Numbered from the stretch's first letter, positions 19,299 to 30,779 are shown. The stretch: DNA of 64,000 bases from Nitrospirales bacterium (GCA_963422365.1 OY729426.1:1792001-1856000); one strand, 5' to 3'. Program-made: numbers and translations. The notes: generated from the sequence alone by a model not told the origin.

Positions 19299-20288
19299 AT
19301 GGTCAAAGTCGTTCTTCTTCTGCCGCGTGTTCTCCTTTCGTTGATGGTGTTGGGACTCTTCTGTCTCCCGGGCTTTGCCGGTCAGGCCGAAGCCGGAGGG
19401 AGCGTGGTGCCGACCGTTCAGAATAGTGGAACCAAGTCCACACTCCTCGATGCCTTTTTCGTGAGTACGCACAACGGCTGGGCAGTCGGCGCAGGCGGGA
19501 CGGTCCTAAAAACAAAAGATGCAGGGGACACGTGGCAGACAGTGACTCGTCGCACGGCGGCCCTGTTGACCAGCATCTACTTTACGGATGCCCAACACGG
19601 TTGGATCGTCGGACAAAATGGGACCATTCTGCATACGAACGATCATGGGAAAAAATGGCGACGCCAGATTGCCGGAGCGGGGGCCGCACTCTATGACGTA
19701 TATTTTCTGGACCCCTCGCAAGGATGGATTGTCGGAGATCGGGGAACCATCTTGCATACCGCTGACGGCGGAATGACTTGGGCGGATCAAAGCAGTTCAA
19801 CGTCGGTTGATTTATTTGGGGTGCAATTTATTGATGCGCACAACGGCTGGGCGGTTGGCGCGATTGGTACGATTCTCGTTACGCAAGACGGAGGGCAAAA
19901 CTGGATTCGGCAGCCTACCGACAGCGCTACAACGTTTTTCGATTTGTACTTTACTGATGCCCAAGGCGGTTGGGTTGTCGGATCCCAGGGTGCGATTTTT
20001 CAGACGATTACCGGGGGGCGGAAATGGGTTGACCGGACCCTTCTGTGCGGGTCTCCGTGTATCAGGCCGCCGGATTTTTTAAAAGTCCAGTTTACGGGGT
20101 TTCGTGCAGGTTGGATTATTGGAGAGCGCGGTGCGTTTCTCCAAACCACTGATGCCGGATTCACGTGGCGCGAGCTGGAACTCCCTGAACCGTTTAGCTT
20201 CTATGGGTTATCCTTCCCCAATCCCACTGTTGGGTGGGCCGTGGGGGAGGGCGGTACCATCCTGAAGATTGCCCCCCACTCGTCTTAA
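19299..20288 (+). CDS. YCF48-related BNR/Asp-box beta-propeller protein
   Basis: Seven repeats of GW.VG..G.IL.T.DGG.TW after a signal peptide. Confidence 0.9.
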   Translation: MVKVVLLLPRVLLSLMVLGLFCLPGFAGQAEAGGSVVPTVQNSGTKSTLLDAFFVSTHNGWAVGAGGTVLKTKDAGDTWQTVTRRTAALLTSIYFTDAQHGWIVGQNGTILHTNDHGKKWRRQIAGAGAALYDVYFLDPSQGWIVGDRGTILHTADGGMTWADQSSSTSVDLFGVQFIDAHNGWAVGAIGTILVTQDGGQNWIRQPTDSATTFFDLYFTDAQGGWVVGSQGAIFQTITGGRKWVDRTLLCGSPCIRPPDFLKVQFTGFRAGWIIGERGAFLQTTDAGFTWRELELPEPFSFYGLSFPNPTVGWAVGEGGTILKIAPHSS

Positions 20289-20303
20289 TTGTTCCCGACT
20301 CGG

Positions 20304-21018
20304 TTATCCCAAATTCCCTAAACGATGTTGCAGGATGCTCAGCGCTGCCAGGTTCGCGGTTTCGCTCCGAAGCATGCTCTCGCCTAGTGAGATGGTTTGA
20401 AATCGTTGGTCGAGGAGTTCCTGCATTTCCATTTCCTCTGGCGTCCATCCCCCCTCATGGCCGACGGCCAGCACAATGGTGCCTCGGAACGTGTGATCGA
20501 TGGAAACGGACCCGAGGCTTTGTTTGCCCCCGCTTCGAATAACGCACCTGAAGCGCCTCGTGGGGAACATGCCGAACCAATTCGGGCAAGTTCATGGGTG
20601 TGGTGACTCGAGGGAAAGTCCATTGCTCAGATTGCTGGGCTGCGTTGACCATGATCCGTTTCCACCGCTGCTGTACCGTTCTAGTCCGATTGGCCGGTAG
20701 GTGTACGGTCACCCTTGAGGTAAGTAAAGGACTCATGGCGGTAACTCCAAGTGGTCCCTTTCAGGATGGCCTGTGCCAATACAATTGAGGCCGGTGGAGT
20801 TGGGGGGTACCCGCTATTGTTTCAAGGATGGAGGCCTGAAGCGATTTCGAATCGAGGTGGGTGACCTGGAGCATGATCTCGAACCCTGTGCTCGTCTCCG
20901 ACCCAATTTTCTCACCTTCGCGGATGCGGAGGCTTTTTGAAAGGTGAAAGAGAAGTGGATTGTCAATTGTGACGGTGTTGTTGAAAATCTTGTTTGACTG
21001 AATGAAAAAGACCGGCAT
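20304..21018 (-). pseudogene. rsmE: 16S rRNA m3U1498 methyltransferase, frameshifted into at least three pieces
   Basis: HLSKSLRI, RWKRIMVNAAQQS and GHEGGWTPEE...SLGESMLRSETA lie in separate frames. The position downstream of dnaJ is the typical one. Confidence 0.85.
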
Positions 21019-21070
21019 GTGAGGGAAGGAGTGGAAAGGGTAGGGGAAGCAAAAGCGAAAGACGATCGAG

Positions 21071-22198
21071 TTAATCGAACAGATTTTTCACCTTACCAAA
21101 TAGTCCATCCCCAGGACCATCTGACGAGGTTCCACATTCTTCGACAAAGGCGGCCAGCAGTTCCCGTTGTTTTGCCGACAATTGAGTGGGAATGGTGATT
21201 TTGATCCGAACGAGCTGATCCCCAGTGGTACGACCTTTGAAGGCAGGCGCTCCCAGTCCTTTGAGTCGAAGAACGTGATCGTGTTGGGTGCCTTCTGGAA
21301 TCTTGATGCTGGTTTTTCCTTTGAGGGTCGGCACATTGACTTTGCCGCCCAGGGTTGCCGTAATCATATCAAGAGGCAACTCAAGGACAATGTCGTTTCC
21401 TTTTCGGGTAAAGACTGAATGAGATTTGACTGTGACCGCAACGTAGAGATCCCCTGGAGGGCCGCCATTCATACCGTGTTCACCTTCATGGGCCAAGCGA
21501 AACCGCATGCCGGTCTCGATTCCTTTGGGAATGGTCATCGATAAGGTTCGTTCCCGATACACACGTTTTTGGCCGCGGCAAGTAGGGCATGGTTCCGCAA
21601 TGATTTGTCCGGTTCCCTGACATTGCCCGCAGGTCCGGTTGATGGTGAAAAATCCTTGCTGCAGTCGGATTTGTCCGGTGCCTTGGCACCCGGGACATTG
21701 TTGGACGGCGTCGGCCGATTTGGCTCCTGTTCCTTTGCAGGAATCACAGCCTTCCCATCTTGGGATTTTGAGCTTGGCTTCCTTTCCCTCAATGGCTTCT
21801 TCAAAGGAAAGTTCTAAATTATATTGAAGGTCATTACCCTGTTCGGGACGAATTCGTCCTCCTCTTCCCCCTCCAAAGAAATCTTCAAAAACATCACCGA
21901 AAATGTCACCGAATCCTCGACCAAAATCAAAACCCTCGGCTCCTCCGAACCCTTGCGGCCCTGCCGAATGCCCGAACGTATCGTACCGCTTCCGCAATTC
22001 AGGATTGCTCAGGACTTCATACGCTTCATTGGCTTCTTTGAACTTTTCTTCGGCTTTTTTCTTGTGTTGTGGGTCACTCTGCAGGTCGGGGTGGTGTTGA
22101 CGGGCGAGCTGTCGAAAGGCCTTCTTGATCTCGTCATCAGAGGCATCTCGATCGACTCCAAGAACTTCGTAATAATCTCGTTTGGTCACGCTCGCCAT
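21071..22198 (-). CDS. dnaJ: chaperone DnaJ
   Basis: J domain with HPD, a G/F region and four CxxCxGxG-type motifs. Confidence 0.99.
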   Translation of the reverse strand: MASVTKRDYYEVLGVDRDASDDEIKKAFRQLARQHHPDLQSDPQHKKKAEEKFKEANEAYEVLSNPELRKRYDTFGHSAGPQGFGGAEGFDFGRGFGDIFGDVFEDFFGGGRGGRIRPEQGNDLQYNLELSFEEAIEGKEAKLKIPRWEGCDSCKGTGAKSADAVQQCPGCQGTGQIRLQQGFFTINRTCGQCQGTGQIIAEPCPTCRGQKRVYRERTLSMTIPKGIETGMRFRLAHEGEHGMNGGPPGDLYVAVTVKSHSVFTRKGNDIVLELPLDMITATLGGKVNVPTLKGKTSIKIPEGTQHDHVLRLKGLGAPAFKGRTTGDQLVRIKITIPTQLSAKQRELLAAFVEECGTSSDGPGDGLFGKVKNLFD

Positions 22199-22275
22199 CT
22201 TTTCCGGTCTATGGGCAATCTCAGCATTTTCCCTTGTTGAGTCGCACGTTGCAGGAAAATGATCTGAGGATACAA

Positions 22276-24195
22276 TTATTTTTCTTTCTCAACCTTTTCA
22301 AATTCGGCATCGACCACTTTTTCATTTTCTTCTTTTGCGTCACTTGTCCCATCGTTAGAGCCTGTTCCGTCTCCGGAAGCGGCCTCAGCCGACGTCTTTT
22401 TGTACATTTCTTCCGCAAGCTTGTGTGAAGCGGTGGTGAGGGTTTGCATCGCGGCCTTCATGGCTTCGACGTCATCTCCTTCCATGGCCTGTTTCATGCC
22501 ATCAATTGCTTCTTGAATGTTGGTTTTGTCTTCCTCGGAAATTTTTTCTCCATGCTCTTGAAGATTCTTTTCCGTTCCATAGACCAATGAATCGGCTTGA
22601 TTTTTGATTTCGACGGCTTCGCGGCGTTTTTTGTCTTCTTCGGAGTGCGACTCGGCATCCTTCACCAATTGTTCGACTTCTTCTTTACTCAGGCCGCTGG
22701 ACGCCGTGATCTTAATCGACTGTTCTTTTTGTGTGGCCATGTCTTTGGCTGACACGTGGACGATCCCATTCGCGTCAATATCAAATGCGACTTCAATTTG
22801 CGGCATCCCTCTTGGGGCCGGGGGAATGCCGACCAAATCAAACTGGCCGAGCAGTTTATTGTCATTGGCCATTTCCCTTTCGCCCTGAAAGACGCGAATG
22901 GTGACGGCGGTTTGGCTGTCGGCGGCAGTGGAGAAAATTTGACTCTTTTTGGTCGGGATCGTTGTGTTGCGATCAATAAGACGCGTGAAAACGCCCCCTA
23001 ACGTTTCAATGCCCAAGGATAAAGGGGTGACGTCCAGAAGCAGTACATCTTTGACGTCGCCTTTGAGGACTCCGCCTTGGATGGCAGCTCCGATCGCCAC
23101 GACCTCATCAGGATTCACTCCCTTATGGGGTTCTCTGCCAAAAAACGCTTTCACCCGTTGACTGACTTTGGGCATCCGCGTCATCCCCCCGACGAGCACC
23201 ACTTCATTGATGTCACTGGCGGACATGCCGGAATCAGCCAAGGCCTTTTTGCAGGGTTCGATGGAGCGGGTGATTAAGTCGTCAACTAATTGTTCCAACT
23301 TGGATCGAGTGAGTTTGAGCACCAAATGCTTCGGCCCGCTGGCATCAGCGGTGATAAAGGGAAGATTGATTTCAGTCTCTTGTGCCGATGACAGTTCGAT
23401 TTTGGCTCGTTCCGCCGCTTCTTTCAGACGTTGAAGTGCCATGCGATCCTTTTTCAAATCAATCCCTTGGTCTTTTTTAAATTCGTCCACCAACCAATCG
23501 ATGACTCGAAGGTCAAAGTCATCGCCGCCTAAAAAGGTGTCGCCGTTGGTTGCCTTCACTTCGAACACCCCATCCCCGATTTCGAGAATCGAAATATCAA
23601 AGGTTCCACCACCAAGATCGTACACGGCGATTCGTTCTTCTTTCTTTTTCTCCAGACCATACGCCAATGAGGCCGCCGTGGGTTCATTGATAATGCGAAG
23701 CACGTTGAGCCCCGCAATTTGGCCGGCATCTTTGGTGGCCTGGCGCTGACTGTCGTCGAAGTACGCAGGGACGGTAATCACGGCCTCGGTCACTTTTTCT
23801 CCTAAATAATCTTCAGCCGTCTGTTTGATTTTTTGAAGAATCATCGCCGAAACTTCAGGGGGACTGTATTGTTTGCCTCGAATTTCCACGTGCGCATCCC
23901 CATTTGGGGCGTCAAGAATTTTATAGGGCAACCGCTGGGTCGCCGTTCGGGCTTCCTTGGATTTGAACTTTCTTCCCATCAAGCGTTTGACGGAAAAAAT
24001 GGTGTTTTCGGCGTTGGTAATGGCTTGACGCTTGGCAATTTGGCCGACCAAACGCTCATCCTTATCCGTCACCGCCACCACTGATGGTGTGGTGCGACCA
24101 CCCTCTGAGTTGGTAATCACTTCCGGGTCGCCACCACTCATGATCGCGATACACGAGTTTGTCGTTCCAAGGTCAATTCCAATAATCTTACTCAT
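22276..24195 (-). CDS. dnaK: chaperone DnaK
   Basis: [19 protein letters not shown] and NEPTAA. Confidence 0.99.
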   Translation of the reverse strand: MSKIIGIDLGTTNSCIAIMSGGDPEVITNSEGGRTTPSVVAVTDKDERLVGQIAKRQAITNAENTIFSVKRLMGRKFKSKEARTATQRLPYKILDAPNGDAHVEIRGKQYSPPEVSAMILQKIKQTAEDYLGEKVTEAVITVPAYFDDSQRQATKDAGQIAGLNVLRIINEPTAASLAYGLEKKKEERIAVYDLGGGTFDISILEIGDGVFEVKATNGDTFLGGDDFDLRVIDWLVDEFKKDQGIDLKKDRMALQRLKEAAERAKIELSSAQETEINLPFITADASGPKHLVLKLTRSKLEQLVDDLITRSIEPCKKALADSGMSASDINEVVLVGGMTRMPKVSQRVKAFFGREPHKGVNPDEVVAIGAAIQGGVLKGDVKDVLLLDVTPLSLGIETLGGVFTRLIDRNTTIPTKKSQIFSTAADSQTAVTIRVFQGEREMANDNKLLGQFDLVGIPPAPRGMPQIEVAFDIDANGIVHVSAKDMATQKEQSIKITASSGLSKEEVEQLVKDAESHSEEDKKRREAVEIKNQADSLVYGTEKNLQEHGEKISEEDKTNIQEAIDGMKQAMEGDDVEAMKAAMQTLTTASHKLAEEMYKKTSAEAASGDGTGSNDGTSDAKEENEKVVDAEFEKVEKEK

Positions 24196-24845
24196 GCTTC
24201 GACTCCTTCCTTCGATTGCTGTGCTTCTCCATCGCTTGGTTCCGTTTGGGCCTTGGCAACGGTCACCATCGCCGGCCGTAATATCCGATCATGGAGAAAA
24301 TAACCTTTCTGATATTCATCGACAATGACGTTTTCAGGGACAGCGAACGATTCGACCTGCCCCACGGCTTGATGTTTGGCCGGATCAAAACCTTCTCCTA
24401 CACTCGTGACTTGTTTTATGCCCATTTTTTGAAGGGTGTCGAGGAACTGTTTATACGTGAGGTCAACCCCTTCCAGCAGCCCCTCGATCAGGGCTTGCTC
24501 GTGTCCGGCTTGAAGGGCTCGTTCCAAGTTATCCAATGTAGGCAATAAGTCCTTGAGCAACCTCTCGTTCGCAAACCGGATCGTGTCACTTTGATCGCGT
24601 TGAACCCGCCGCTTGTAGTTGTCGAACTCCGCGGCTAGGCGCAAATATTTGTCATTGAGGGTGCGCAGTTCCTCGTCTTTTACGAGAAGCTGGTTATTTA
24701 ACTCTGTAACTTCTTCATTTCTTTGAGAATTTTCAGGAGATTTTTCTCCGGGGTCAGTGGAAGCGGTTTCGGGGTGATCAGCAAGTGGCACAAGCACCGT
24801 GTCCTCACCCTGTTCTTCTTCTGGCAGTGGATGATTTTGTTTCAT
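24192..24845 (-). CDS. grpE: nucleotide exchange factor GrpE
   Basis: [21 protein letters not shown] and [13 protein letters not shown]. Confidence 0.97.
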   Translation of the reverse strand: MKQNHPLPEEEQGEDTVLVPLADHPETASTDPGEKSPENSQRNEEVTELNNQLLVKDEELRTLNDKYLRLAAEFDNYKRRVQRDQSDTIRFANERLLKDLLPTLDNLERALQAGHEQALIEGLLEGVDLTYKQFLDTLQKMGIKQVTSVGEGFDPAKHQAVGQVESFAVPENVIVDEYQKGYFLHDRILRPAMVTVAKAQTEPSDGEAQQSKEGVEA

Positions 24846-24962
24846 GGCGTGTCTATAGTATCTTGTTCAGATAGTCATCAAGACAGGTGAAGTCAACCCG
24901 AAAAATAAAAAACCGATGGAAAAACTCGAAAGGAAGGCAAGGTTCCGGTAAGGTCGGAACCC

Positions 24963-25748
24963 CTATCCGAACGGGGCTTCTTGCCCGTTTTTACGGCGAA
25001 AGAGTAATTCCAGACCCTCTAGCGTTAACGACGGCCGAATTTCTTGAATAGTTCGAGAAATCGGCGCAAGAATGGGGGCAAGGCCACCCGTTGCGATGAC
25101 CTTTGTCGAATGGCCGATTTCTTGTTCGATTCGGGTTACCAACTCATCAACTAAACCTGCATACCCGAAAAGCAAGCCGGATTGGATGCTGCTTGCCGTA
25201 TCGGTTCCGATCACACTTTTCGGACGGGTCAGTTCCACATTGGGTAATGTGGCGGTATGGGTGTGAAGAGCCTCGGCTGCGCTTTTTACCCCCGGGGCAA
25301 TCGCTCCACCTAAATATCTTCCGTCTCTGGTAACGGTGCAAAACGTCGTAGCGGTTCCAAAATCCACGATGATGAGATTCGTCCGATAGCGTTCGAACGC
25401 TGCCGCCGCATTGACCAAGCGGTCGATCCCGATTTCTTGAGGGTTGACATATTCGAGGGTCAACCCAAAGGGAAAGTCAGAGGAGACGACGAGCGGGGAG
25501 TGATGCAAAAAGGTTTCGACCATGGATGCAAGAGTCGTGGTCAGAGGGGGGACGACACTGGAAATAATAGTCCCTTGGATCTCCGGGGGCGAAATCCCGG
25601 ATTCCCGTATGAGGGAGGCAAACACAATGCCATATTCATCGGTCGTTTTCGTATGGTCTGTGGCGAGGCGCCAGGAGTTTTGCAGGGTTTGCTGAGCGAA
25701 CACACCGAAGACGATTTGGGTATTACCAATGTCAATGCTCAGAAGCAT
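24963..25748 (-). CDS. coaX: type III pantothenate kinase
   Basis: IDIGNT, G.DR, VDFGTATT and GGAIAPG. Confidence 0.95.
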   Translation of the reverse strand: MLLSIDIGNTQIVFGVFAQQTLQNSWRLATDHTKTTDEYGIVFASLIRESGISPPEIQGTIISSVVPPLTTTLASMVETFLHHSPLVVSSDFPFGLTLEYVNPQEIGIDRLVNAAAAFERYRTNLIIVDFGTATTFCTVTRDGRYLGGAIAPGVKSAAEALHTHTATLPNVELTRPKSVIGTDTASSIQSGLLFGYAGLVDELVTRIEQEIGHSTKVIATGGLAPILAPISRTIQEIRPSLTLEGLELLFRRKNGQEAPFG

Positions 25749-25815
25749 GAGAACTCCCTACGTGGTTGGGCTTGCAGGAGTCGGTCATCATGGGTCAACC
25801 GAGACTCCTTGTGCG

Positions 25816-26643
25816 TTATCGGAGATGTTGCACGTCCCCGCATCGAATTTCCAGGGTGTGGGGCTGTCCCTTTCGTACGGTGGATACCAATAACGCCCCG
25901 TCTTTTCCGATATCAGTGGCTGTTCCGTGAATGGGTTGTCCTGCAAGAGAAGACCCCTGCACTTCTCGTCCGAGCGTCGCGCAAGATGCAGTGTACGATT
26001 TTCGAATGTGTTCGAATTGGCCTGATTCCACTCGATCATACCAATTTTCCAAATGGTTGAACATAGCGGCGATAATAACATTTCGATCATAGCATTCTCG
26101 GGTGGCTTGATGACACGAGGTTGCGAGAGAGCGAAGCTCTTCAGGGAAATCCGTCTCCCGCCAATTGACATTCATCCCAAATCCCACGATGCATGTTGAG
26201 CATTGAGGCCCTTGACTCGAGCTTTCACATAAAATGCCCCCAATCTTTTTTTCAGCATACAGCAGATCATTGGGCCATTTCAGCAAAATCTCAATGCCGT
26301 AGGAATGTTGGGTTGCTTCGGAAAGGGCCAGTCCCGTGACAAGCGGTATCCAGGAAATGTGACGTGAAATTTTTGGGTTTTTAAGTATCAACGAGCAATA
26401 GATATTGAGGCGAGGCGGCGAGACCCAATGCCGTCCTAATCGACCTTTCCCTGCTGTTTGCGCCTCAGCGAGAATCGCCGTTCCATGGGCTGCCCCAGCG
26501 TCGGCCAGCGTGAGGGCCGTGACATTGGTTGAAGCGAGTTCTTCAAACAGATGAAGCGGGCGACCTAGGTTTCGCGTCGTTAACCGTTGCTGAATGTGTT
26601 CGGTCTTCAGGGATTGAATGGGAGTCGACCTGTTCGCGTGAGG
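25816..26643 (-). CDS. birA: biotin--protein ligase, class I, start codon unresolved
   Basis: The frame is open from the nadC stop and encodes STN, AEAQTAGKGRLGRHW, KWPND and KIGGILCE. The first canonical start (TTG 26391) lies downstream of the biotin-binding loop. Confidence 0.85.
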   Translation of the reverse strand, partial: PHANRSTPIQSLKTEHIQQRLTTRNLGRPLHLFEELASTNVTALTLADAGAAHGTAILAEAQTAGKGRLGRHWVSPPRLNIYCSLILKNPKISRHISWIPLVTGLALSEATQHSYGIEILLKWPNDLLYAEKKIGGILCESSSQGPQCSTCIVGFGMNVNWRETDFPEELRSLATSCHQATRECYDRNVIIAAMFNHLENWYDRVESGQFEHIRKSYTASCATLGREVQGSSLAGQPIHGTATDIGKDGALLVSTVRKGQPHTLEIRCGDVQHLR

Positions 26644-27516
26644 CTATTGAGAGAACAAAGGACTCATCTCCAGACTGATGTCGACCGCAGGGGCGGAATG
26701 GGTGAGGGCCCCGATTGAAATATAATCGACACCTGTGGAGGCATACTCACGCACGTTCTGGATCGTAATGCCTCCCGAGACCTCGGTTTGTACCCGTCCT
26801 TTGATGAGGCTCAGGGCGTCCCGGACGAGGGTTGGGGACATGTTGTCCAAGAGAAGCACATCAGCTCCACCGTCTAGGGCCTGAGTAATTTGCTCAAGCG
26901 TCTCAATTTCCACGCAGACTTGGAAGTGATGGGAGATGCGTTTTTTGGCTTTTCGGCAAGCCTCCCGAAGGGTGGTGCCCTGGGCTTCCAACAGCACCAA
27001 GTGATTATCTTTGATGAGGATGCCATCGCTCAGCGACATGCGATGGTTGGTCCCACCGCCGAGCGAGACAGCCCATTTTTCAAGCCGTCGAAGGCCGGGG
27101 ATCGTTTTTCTGGTATCGCCAAGAGTCGTAGGGTAGCGTCGGATGGCGGCGCAAAATTGAGAGGTCAAGGTGGCAATGCCGGAAAGATGCTGTAAAAAAT
27201 TTAGAGCCACTCGTTCCCCTGTCAAAATAGAATTGGCCGGTCCTTGAAGAGTTGCGAATGCCTGTCCTGCTTCAAGGGTTGCTCCCTCCTCGAATTGTGC
27301 GGTCACCGCAACGGCAGCATCCAAGGTCTGATACACGGCATGGAGCACCGCAACGCCGGCAAGGGTCAGATCTTGCTTGGCCACCACGTTGGCTTGGGCA
27401 TGAAGGGTCGGATCAAGAAGTGCATGCGTGGTGATATCTCCATGGGGCGCATCTTCTTTTAAGGCCGCTTTGACCAGCGATTCGAGTTCAAACGGAGGAA
27501 GAGGGGTGAAAGACAT
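26644..27516 (-). CDS. nadC: nicotinate-nucleotide pyrophosphorylase (quinolinate phosphoribosyltransferase)
   Basis: ERVALN, DTRKT.PGLR, NHR..L.D..LIKDNH and ISIGALTHSAP. Confidence 0.97.
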   Translation of the reverse strand: MSFTPLPPFELESLVKAALKEDAPHGDITTHALLDPTLHAQANVVAKQDLTLAGVAVLHAVYQTLDAAVAVTAQFEEGATLEAGQAFATLQGPANSILTGERVALNFLQHLSGIATLTSQFCAAIRRYPTTLGDTRKTIPGLRRLEKWAVSLGGGTNHRMSLSDGILIKDNHLVLLEAQGTTLREACRKAKKRISHHFQVCVEIETLEQITQALDGGADVLLLDNMSPTLVRDALSLIKGRVQTEVSGGITIQNVREYASTGVDYISIGALTHSAPAVDISLEMSPLFSQ

Positions 27517-27522
27517 AGGACT

Positions 27523-30267
27523 TCAGAACGCCATTTTTTGGAGTTGTTGTTCGCTGCTGGAAAAAAGCGAAAGTTCAGCGGTCAGGATGTCTAGACGCTC
27601 CTTAGATTCTTGAATGACATCGGGCGCGGCTTTGGCCGCAAAGTTCGGGGACGCCAGACGTCCGTGGAGGCGGGCGGCCTCTTTTTGTTTGGTTTGAGTG
27701 TGTTTTTTGATGCGTGCTAACGCTTTATTGAGGTCGACCTCGCCCTCAAGTGTCATGCCGATCATCAAACTTCCCACCGCGAGATGCAGGATACGATCGG
27801 TCGGCCAGTCATTCTGATCGGCAATAGAGACCGTTCCTCGGCAGAGGTGCGCGATGTGGTGTCGTGATTCGTTCAACTGTGCGATGGCGTCAGGATCTTT
27901 GGCCGTGCCCCAGATCGTCAAAGATTTTGATGGTGCGTAATCTAGGAGGGCACGCCCGGTTCGAACGGTGGTGACGATTTGTTCTATGATGGTGAAGGTC
28001 TGTTCCGCTTTGGCGTTTTCCCATTCTTGGGTTGCTACAGGAAAAGGCTGACGGACAAGGCTTTCGCCTTGGTGCGGGATTGTCTGCCAGATTTCTTCGG
28101 TCAAAAACGGCATAAAGGGATGGAGCAGGCGTTGGAGGTGTTCGAATGTTTGCAGCAGCGTCGCGCGCGTTGATCGGGCAGCGGGCGAATCCCCGTTTTG
28201 CAGCACGGGTTTAATGAGTTCCAGATACCAGTCACAGTATTCGTGCCAAATATACTGATAAAGCTGACCGGCGGCTTGATCGAACCGGTATTCTTCGAGA
28301 CGGCCAGTCACGGCGTTGGTGACATGATTGAGGCGACTCAATACCCATTGATCCACGAATGGTCTGTCGGAAACCGGGCAGATTTCGGATGGCCCATCGG
28401 CATTCATCAAGATAAAACGGGCTGCATTCCAAATTTTGTTGGCAAAGTTTCGATAGCCTTCGATCTGGTCTTCAGAGAGTTTAATGTCCCTGCCCGGCGA
28501 AGCCATCGAGGCTAATGTAAAGCGCAGCGCATCGGTCCCGTATTGCGACATCTTGGTCAAGGGGTCGATGACGTTGCCTTTGGATTTACTCATTTTTTTG
28601 CCTTCGGCGTCCCGCACCAGTGCGTGGATATAGACGTCACGGAATGGGGGCTTGCCGGTAAACTTGAGGCCTATCATGATCATGCGTGCCACCCAAAAGA
28701 ACAAAATATCCAACCCCGTGACTAACGTCGAAGTCGGGTAATACGTTTCAAGATCTTTGGTGTTTGCAGGCCATCCTAATGTGGAAAAGGGCCAAAGGGC
28801 GGATGAAAACCATGTATCGAGCACATCAGGGTCTTGAATGAACTGACCCTGCCGACAGGTTGCGCAGGTCGTCGGAGCGGTCTTGGAGACAATGGGGGAG
28901 GCGTGGGAGGGAATGAGGCGACTGCCTCGACCTTCGAGAATCTTATGGGCTTCAGGGTAACACGTGGTGCAGTACCAAGCCGGAATGCGATGGCCCCACC
29001 AGATTTGTCGGGAAATACACCAGTCTTTGATCCCTCGCATCCAGCCTAAATAATTGTTCGACCATTCTTCTGGAATAATGCGAATGTGCCCCTGTTCTAC
29101 CGCTGCAATCGCAGGGTCAGCCAACGGTTGAATTTTGATGAACCATTGAGGTGAGAGGAACGGCTCGACAACGGTCTTGCAGCGATAGCATTTCCCCAAG
29201 ACCATTTGGTGATCCTCGACCTTGGTCAGGAATCCTTGGTGTTTCAGTGCTTCAACAATAATGGGGCGGGCCTTGGTGACGGGGAGGTTGGCAATGCTGT
29301 CCAGAACGCCTGGCTCAACCCCTGCGTCTCGAATCGTATCAGGATTCACGAGGGCCTGATGGGTCAGAAGGGCAATGCGAGGGAGTTGGTGCCGTTCGCC
29401 TGCTTCAAAATCATTGAAGTCATGAGCCGGGGTGATTTTGACGGCACCGGTTCCGAATTCTCGATCCACCAGAATCGAATCGCCCACAATTGGAATGGCT
29501 CGGTTGGTGAGCGGAAGCTTAATAAATTTTCCTATATGCTGATTGTAGCGAGGGTCTTCGGGATGAACGGCAACCGCCGTATCGCCGAGTAAGGTTTCCG
29601 GTCTCGTGGTGGCGATGATGAGGGAAGTGCAGGGATCATCAGTCAACGGATAGGAAATGTGGTACATGGTGCCGCGAATTGGCTCATGCTCGACTTCAAT
29701 GTCGGAAAGGGCAGTGAGACAGCGAGGGCACCAATTGATTAATCGGTCCCCTCGATAAATGAGGCCTTCTTGATGCAAACGAACAAAGGCTTCTCGAACG
29801 GCTTCGGACAATCCCTTATCCATGGTAAAGCGCAGACGAGACCAATCACAGGAAGCCCCGAGTCGTTTCAGTTGTTCGAGAATCGTATTGCCGGCTTGCT
29901 GTTTCCATGACCAGACCCGTTCAATGAACGCGTCTCGCCCGAGTTGTGCTGGGGGGATGCCTTCTTCCAGGAGCTGACGCTCAATCACATTTTGAGTAGC
30001 GATGCCGGCATGGTCGGTTCCCGGAAGCCAGAGGGTATTACGTCCTTGCATGCGGCGCCAGCGAATCAGAATGTCTTGAAGCGTATTGTTTAACGCGTGG
30101 CCAATATGGAGAGAGCCCGTCACATTAGGGGGAGGGATGACAATCGTATAGGGTTGCCCCGTCGAGTCTGCAGCGGCGCCAAAGTAGCCCCGGTCGATCC
30201 AATATTGACCCCAACGAGCCTCAACGGCTTGAGGTTCGTAAGTTTTATTGAGTTGCAGGGAAGTCAT
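27523..30267 (-). CDS. valS: valine--tRNA ligase
   Basis: PPPNVTGSLHIGH, DWCISRQIWWGH and KMSKS. Confidence 0.99.
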   Translation of the reverse strand: MTSLQLNKTYEPQAVEARWGQYWIDRGYFGAAADSTGQPYTIVIPPPNVTGSLHIGHALNNTLQDILIRWRRMQGRNTLWLPGTDHAGIATQNVIERQLLEEGIPPAQLGRDAFIERVWSWKQQAGNTILEQLKRLGASCDWSRLRFTMDKGLSEAVREAFVRLHQEGLIYRGDRLINWCPRCLTALSDIEVEHEPIRGTMYHISYPLTDDPCTSLIIATTRPETLLGDTAVAVHPEDPRYNQHIGKFIKLPLTNRAIPIVGDSILVDREFGTGAVKITPAHDFNDFEAGERHQLPRIALLTHQALVNPDTIRDAGVEPGVLDSIANLPVTKARPIIVEALKHQGFLTKVEDHQMVLGKCYRCKTVVEPFLSPQWFIKIQPLADPAIAAVEQGHIRIIPEEWSNNYLGWMRGIKDWCISRQIWWGHRIPAWYCTTCYPEAHKILEGRGSRLIPSHASPIVSKTAPTTCATCRQGQFIQDPDVLDTWFSSALWPFSTLGWPANTKDLETYYPTSTLVTGLDILFFWVARMIMIGLKFTGKPPFRDVYIHALVRDAEGKKMSKSKGNVIDPLTKMSQYGTDALRFTLASMASPGRDIKLSEDQIEGYRNFANKIWNAARFILMNADGPSEICPVSDRPFVDQWVLSRLNHVTNAVTGRLEEYRFDQAAGQLYQYIWHEYCDWYLELIKPVLQNGDSPAARSTRATLLQTFEHLQRLLHPFMPFLTEEIWQTIPHQGESLVRQPFPVATQEWENAKAEQTFTIIEQIVTTVRTGRALLDYAPSKSLTIWGTAKDPDAIAQLNESRHHIAHLCRGTVSIADQNDWPTDRILHLAVGSLMIGMTLEGEVDLNKALARIKKHTQTKQKEAARLHGRLASPNFAAKAAPDVIQESKERLDILTAELSLFSSSEQQLQKMAF

Positions 30268-30438
30268 AGGCAGGGAAATCACAAAATATGTTAATTTTAG
30301 CATGGGCACGAACCCCTCGCAAGCAAAGCCCAGCTTGTTTTTACGGGAATGAATATGATAAAGTCCACTCACGATTGTAACGGGGATTCTACGGCTTTAT
30401 TGACGATCACACCAAGGCAAGATCAAGAGGAAACACAG

Positions 30439-30549
30439 ATGCCAAGAGGACGAGAAAAAGACCGAGAACTTCGTCGTAAACACCGAAAAAATCAACAACG
30501 CTTGAAGGCCCTTGAGCAAGCGCAACGCAAAACCAGCACCAAAAAATAG
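30439..30549 (+). CDS. small basic protein (36 aa)
   Basis: MPRGREKDRELRRKHRKNQQRLK..., with an AAGAGG RBS upstream. Confidence 0.6.
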   Translation: MPRGREKDRELRRKHRKNQQRLKALEQAQRKTSTKK

Positions 30550-30779
30550 CGGTGCCTGCCTGTCGGGCAGACAAGCATCTCATGATCCCTTCTGTTGGCG
30601 GCAGAAGATGCCACCCTACGTAGTAGAATGACAGATGTTAGGTCCTTTCTAGGCCTTATAAGGCATGTCGGCCACAGCGGCGACCTGGGATGCGGCCGCA
30701 CCCAACGCACTCATCTAACGAAAATCTGATTGGAGCCGCGCGACCTTATCGCGCCCTTCCCTTTCACTCTCCCATCGAC

